Assembly: GCA_902522525.1 (NCBI GenBank)
Contig: CABYVU010000001.1
Location: 76,376 to 140,375, forward strand
Direction: 5' to 3'
Length of the DNA stretch: 64,000 nt
From: an uncultured Pelagibacteraceae bacterium
Lineage (GTDB): Bacteria > Pseudomonadota > Alphaproteobacteria > Pelagibacterales > Pelagibacteraceae
The notes under the pieces were generated by a model. The model ran no database searches. It was not told where the DNA came from and saw nothing but the letters and a program-made list of their open reading frames with translations. The translations under genes were made by a program, and so were the position numbers. Of the stretch, positions 59,282 through 64,000 are shown piece by piece; positions within the stretch are counted from its first letter, which is position 1; each line of letters begins with the position of its first letter.

Positions 59282-60001
59282 ATGAAAATAGAAATTATAA
59301 AATGTTTAGAAGATAATTTTGCATATTTATTAATTGATGAGTTAACAAAGTCTACCATTGTAATAGATCCTAGTGAAGCAGAGCCTATTATAGATAAAAT
59401 TGAAAGTCTTAATCTAAAATTAAAATTCATAATGAATACTCACCATCATTATGATCACGTTGGAGGTAATAAAGAGCTCAAGAAATTATATAATGCTAAG
59501 GTTATAGGTTTTAATGAGGATAAACATAGAATACCTGAAATAGATATTTCTTTAAAAAATGATGAAACTTGGAAAGATGGTATATTTGAAGCAAAAGTTT
59601 TTCATATTCCAGGACATACTTTAGGCCATATATGTTTCTATTTTTTTAATGAAAATGCATTATTCTCTGGAGATACATTATTTTCATTAGGTTGTGGAAG
59701 GGTGTTTGAGGGCACTCATGAACAGATGTTTAACTCTTTGCAGTTGTTAAAAAATTTACCAATTGAGACAGAAATTTATTGTGGACATGAATATACATTA
59801 AAAAATTCGGATTTTTGCCTAAAACACGATCCAGAAAATAAAGCTTTAATTTCAAAAATTGAGTTTATAAAAAATCGACTTGCCAAAGGTCAGCCAACTA
59901 TTCCATCAACACTTGAAGAAGAGCTACAAACTAATATTTTTTTAAGATCAAAAAATGTTGAAAACTTTTCAAAATTGAGAGATTTAAAGGATAATTTCTA
60001 G
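59282..60001 (+). CDS. gloB: Hydroxyacylglutathione hydrolase (glyoxalase II)
   Basis: THHHYDHVGG, PGHT.GH, GDTLFSLGCGR and CGHEYT. Confidence 0.95.
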   Translation: MKIEIIKCLEDNFAYLLIDELTKSTIVIDPSEAEPIIDKIESLNLKLKFIMNTHHHYDHVGGNKELKKLYNAKVIGFNEDKHRIPEIDISLKNDETWKDGIFEAKVFHIPGHTLGHICFYFFNENALFSGDTLFSLGCGRVFEGTHEQMFNSLQLLKNLPIETEIYCGHEYTLKNSDFCLKHDPENKALISKIEFIKNRLAKGQPTIPSTLEEELQTNIFLRSKNVENFSKLRDLKDNF

Positions 60002-60011
60002 CTTATTCAGC

Positions 60012-60039
60012 TTGACTAAAATAAGGCCCTGATTATATT
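60012..60039 (+). promoter_or_regulatory. sigma70 promoter of rplU-rpmA-obg-proBA
   Basis: TTGACT-N16-TATATT. Confidence 0.6.
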
Positions 60040-60066
60040 GCTGATAATTAAAAATTAGGATCTTTA

Positions 60067-60477
60067 ATGTCATACGCAGTAATACAAACAGGTGGAAAAC
60101 AGTACAAAGTCTCAACTGGTGAAATAATAAAAGTAGAAAAGTTAGATGAGTCGAATCCAGCCACTAAAGTAGAATTTAATGAAATTTTAGCTTATGGAGA
60201 CGATAAGAGTATTGAACTAGGTGCACCAACTGTGGATGGTGCGAAAGTTGAAGCTGAATTATTAAAAAATGGCAAAGAAAGAACTGTTCTAATTTTTAAA
60301 AAAAGAAGAAGAAAAAATTCAAGACGTAAAAACGGGCACAGACAACAGTATTCACTAATAAGAATTAACAAAATTTTTTCAAAAGATGGTAAAGTTTTAT
60401 CAGAGGCTGAAAAGATGAAAAAAAAGGAAGTTGTAGTTACAGAAGCTAAAGAAGAAAAAATTGAGGCTTCAAAATAA
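60067..60477 (+). CDS. rplU: 50S ribosomal protein L21
   Basis: YAVIQTGGKQYKV and FKKRRRKNSRRKNGHRQ. Confidence 0.98.
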   Translation: MSYAVIQTGGKQYKVSTGEIIKVEKLDESNPATKVEFNEILAYGDDKSIELGAPTVDGAKVEAELLKNGKERTVLIFKKRRRKNSRRKNGHRQQYSLIRINKIFSKDGKVLSEAEKMKKKEVVVTEAKEEKIEASK

Positions 60478-60488
60478 ATAGGTAATTT

Positions 60489-60743
60489 ATGGCAACAAAA
60501 AAAGCAGGTGGATCATCTAGAAACGGAAGAGATAGCGCAGGCCGTAGACTAGGTGTGAAAAAATATGGTGGTGAATTAGTAATACCTGGAAATATTATAG
60601 TAAGACAAAGAGGTACTAAAATTTTTCCTGGGGAAAATGTTGGAATGGGTAAAGACCACTCAATTTTTTCAATTGTTAAAGGAAAAGTTGTTTTTAAAAA
60701 AAGCAAATCAGACAGAACTTACGTATCAGTAAAGCCTAATTAG
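60489..60743 (+). CDS. rpmA: 50S ribosomal protein L27
   Basis: [21 protein letters not shown] and IIVRQRGTK. Confidence 0.99.
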   Translation: MATKKAGGSSRNGRDSAGRRLGVKKYGGELVIPGNIIVRQRGTKIFPGENVGMGKDHSIFSIVKGKVVFKKSKSDRTYVSVKPN

Positions 60744-60758
60744 TAGACAGCTAATTAA

Positions 60759-62849
<2,091 letters not shown>

Positions 62850-62853
<4 letters not shown>

Positions 62854-64000
62854 GTAAAACTTTAGAAAAAATTGGTTCGAATGCAAAAATTGCTTTTCAA
62901 AACAAAATAAGTAATAAAAGAAAAAATAAAGTATTAAATTATTACATTCAACTTATTTTAAAAAACCAAAACAAAATTTTGGTCGAAAACGCAAAAGATA
63001 TAAAAATTGCCAAATCTAAAAAACTTAAAGAGAATTTAATTAAAAGACTTGCTCTTAATAATGATAAAATAAGGTCAATTATAAAGTCAATTAAAACTAT
63101 TTCAAAATTTAAGGATCCAGTAGATGTTGATATAGAAACCTGGAAGAGACCAAACGGCTTAAAACTTAAGAAAGTATCAATTCCAATTGGTATTATTGGT
63201 GTAATTTATGAAAGTAGACCAAATGTTACTTCAGATGTATCCACACTTTGTTTTAAATCTGGAAACTGCGTAATATTAAGAGGAGGGTCAGAAGCTTACT
63301 TTAGTAATAAAATTTTAGCTGACCTTTTTAGAAAATCTTTAGAAAAAAATAAGATAAATAAGAATTTTGTTCAGTTTATAGAGAATAAAAATAGAAAACT
63401 GGTCGACTATATGCTGTCAAAAATGTCAAAATATATAGATGTTGTTATTCCAAGGGGTGGAAAAAGTCTTGTAAAAAAAGTTCAAGATTTATCCTCTGTT
63501 CCTGTAATTGGCCACCTTGAAGGTATGTGTCATACATATATTGATAAAGATGCCAATCTTAAGATGGCAAAGAAAATATTAATCAATGCTAAGTTGCGCA
63601 ATACTAGCATTTGTGGAGCTACTGAGACACTCTTAATACACAAAAATAAATCTAAAAATGTAAATGAGATATTAAATGAACTCACTGAAAGAGGTTGCTA
63701 TATTTATGCTGATAGAAAAATTTCTAAATTGTTTAACGGAAATTCAAAATTAGCAAATAATAAAACATGGTCGAAGGAACATTTATCTGCAAAAATATCT
63801 GTAAAATTAGTAAACAATATTAATGATGCAGTAAATCATATTAATAAATACGGAACAATGCATACTGATGCGATAATTACAAATAATAAAATTTCTGCAA
63901 AATTTTTTATAAAAAATGTTAAAAGTTCGATCGCTATTCACAATTCTTCAACACAGTATGCTGATGGAGGAGAATTTGGTTTTGGAGGTGAGGTTGGAAT
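62850..64000 (+). CDS. proA: Gamma-glutamyl phosphate reductase (partial, runs off window)
   Basis: Manual translation from ATG 62850: PIGIIGVIYESRPNVT, LRGGSEA, IPRGG, ICGATE and STQYADGGEFGFGGEVG. Confidence 0.95.

Noticed and set aside
60370-60477. C-terminal K/E-rich extension on L21
   Set aside because: Such extensions are common in alphaproteobacterial L21

Overview
A very AT-rich, gene-dense core-genome segment of a streamlined marine alphaproteobacterium, almost certainly Pelagibacterales/SAR11. This is inferred from the tiny or overlapping intergenic spacers, class I LysRS, ChvG/ChvI, RegA, the ATPase zeta subunit and a SAM-II riboswitch before metX. About 60 CDS cover chaperones (groESL, sHsp, two J-proteins), the glyoxylate shunt (aceA plus an ScfR/RamB regulator), purine uptake and salvage, an RND pump, peptidoglycan recycling (ampG, amgK, murU), a four-gene polyamine operon, metXW, proBA and ribosomal genes. 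I saw no tRNA, rRNA, mobile element or CRISPR array. The most interesting signals are: an unannotated 53-aa ORF and TTTACAA operator-like array ahead of aceA; a structured attenuator-like leader with a uORF before the decarboxylase/DHS-like/aguB/aguA operon; an RND adaptor with no alpha-helical hairpin (BesA-like); a ROSE-type RNA thermometer on the sHsp; a SAM-II riboswitch with an apparent transcription-level platform; and RpoH-type promoters that include a probably leaderless regA. All calls are by eye and no database searches were run.
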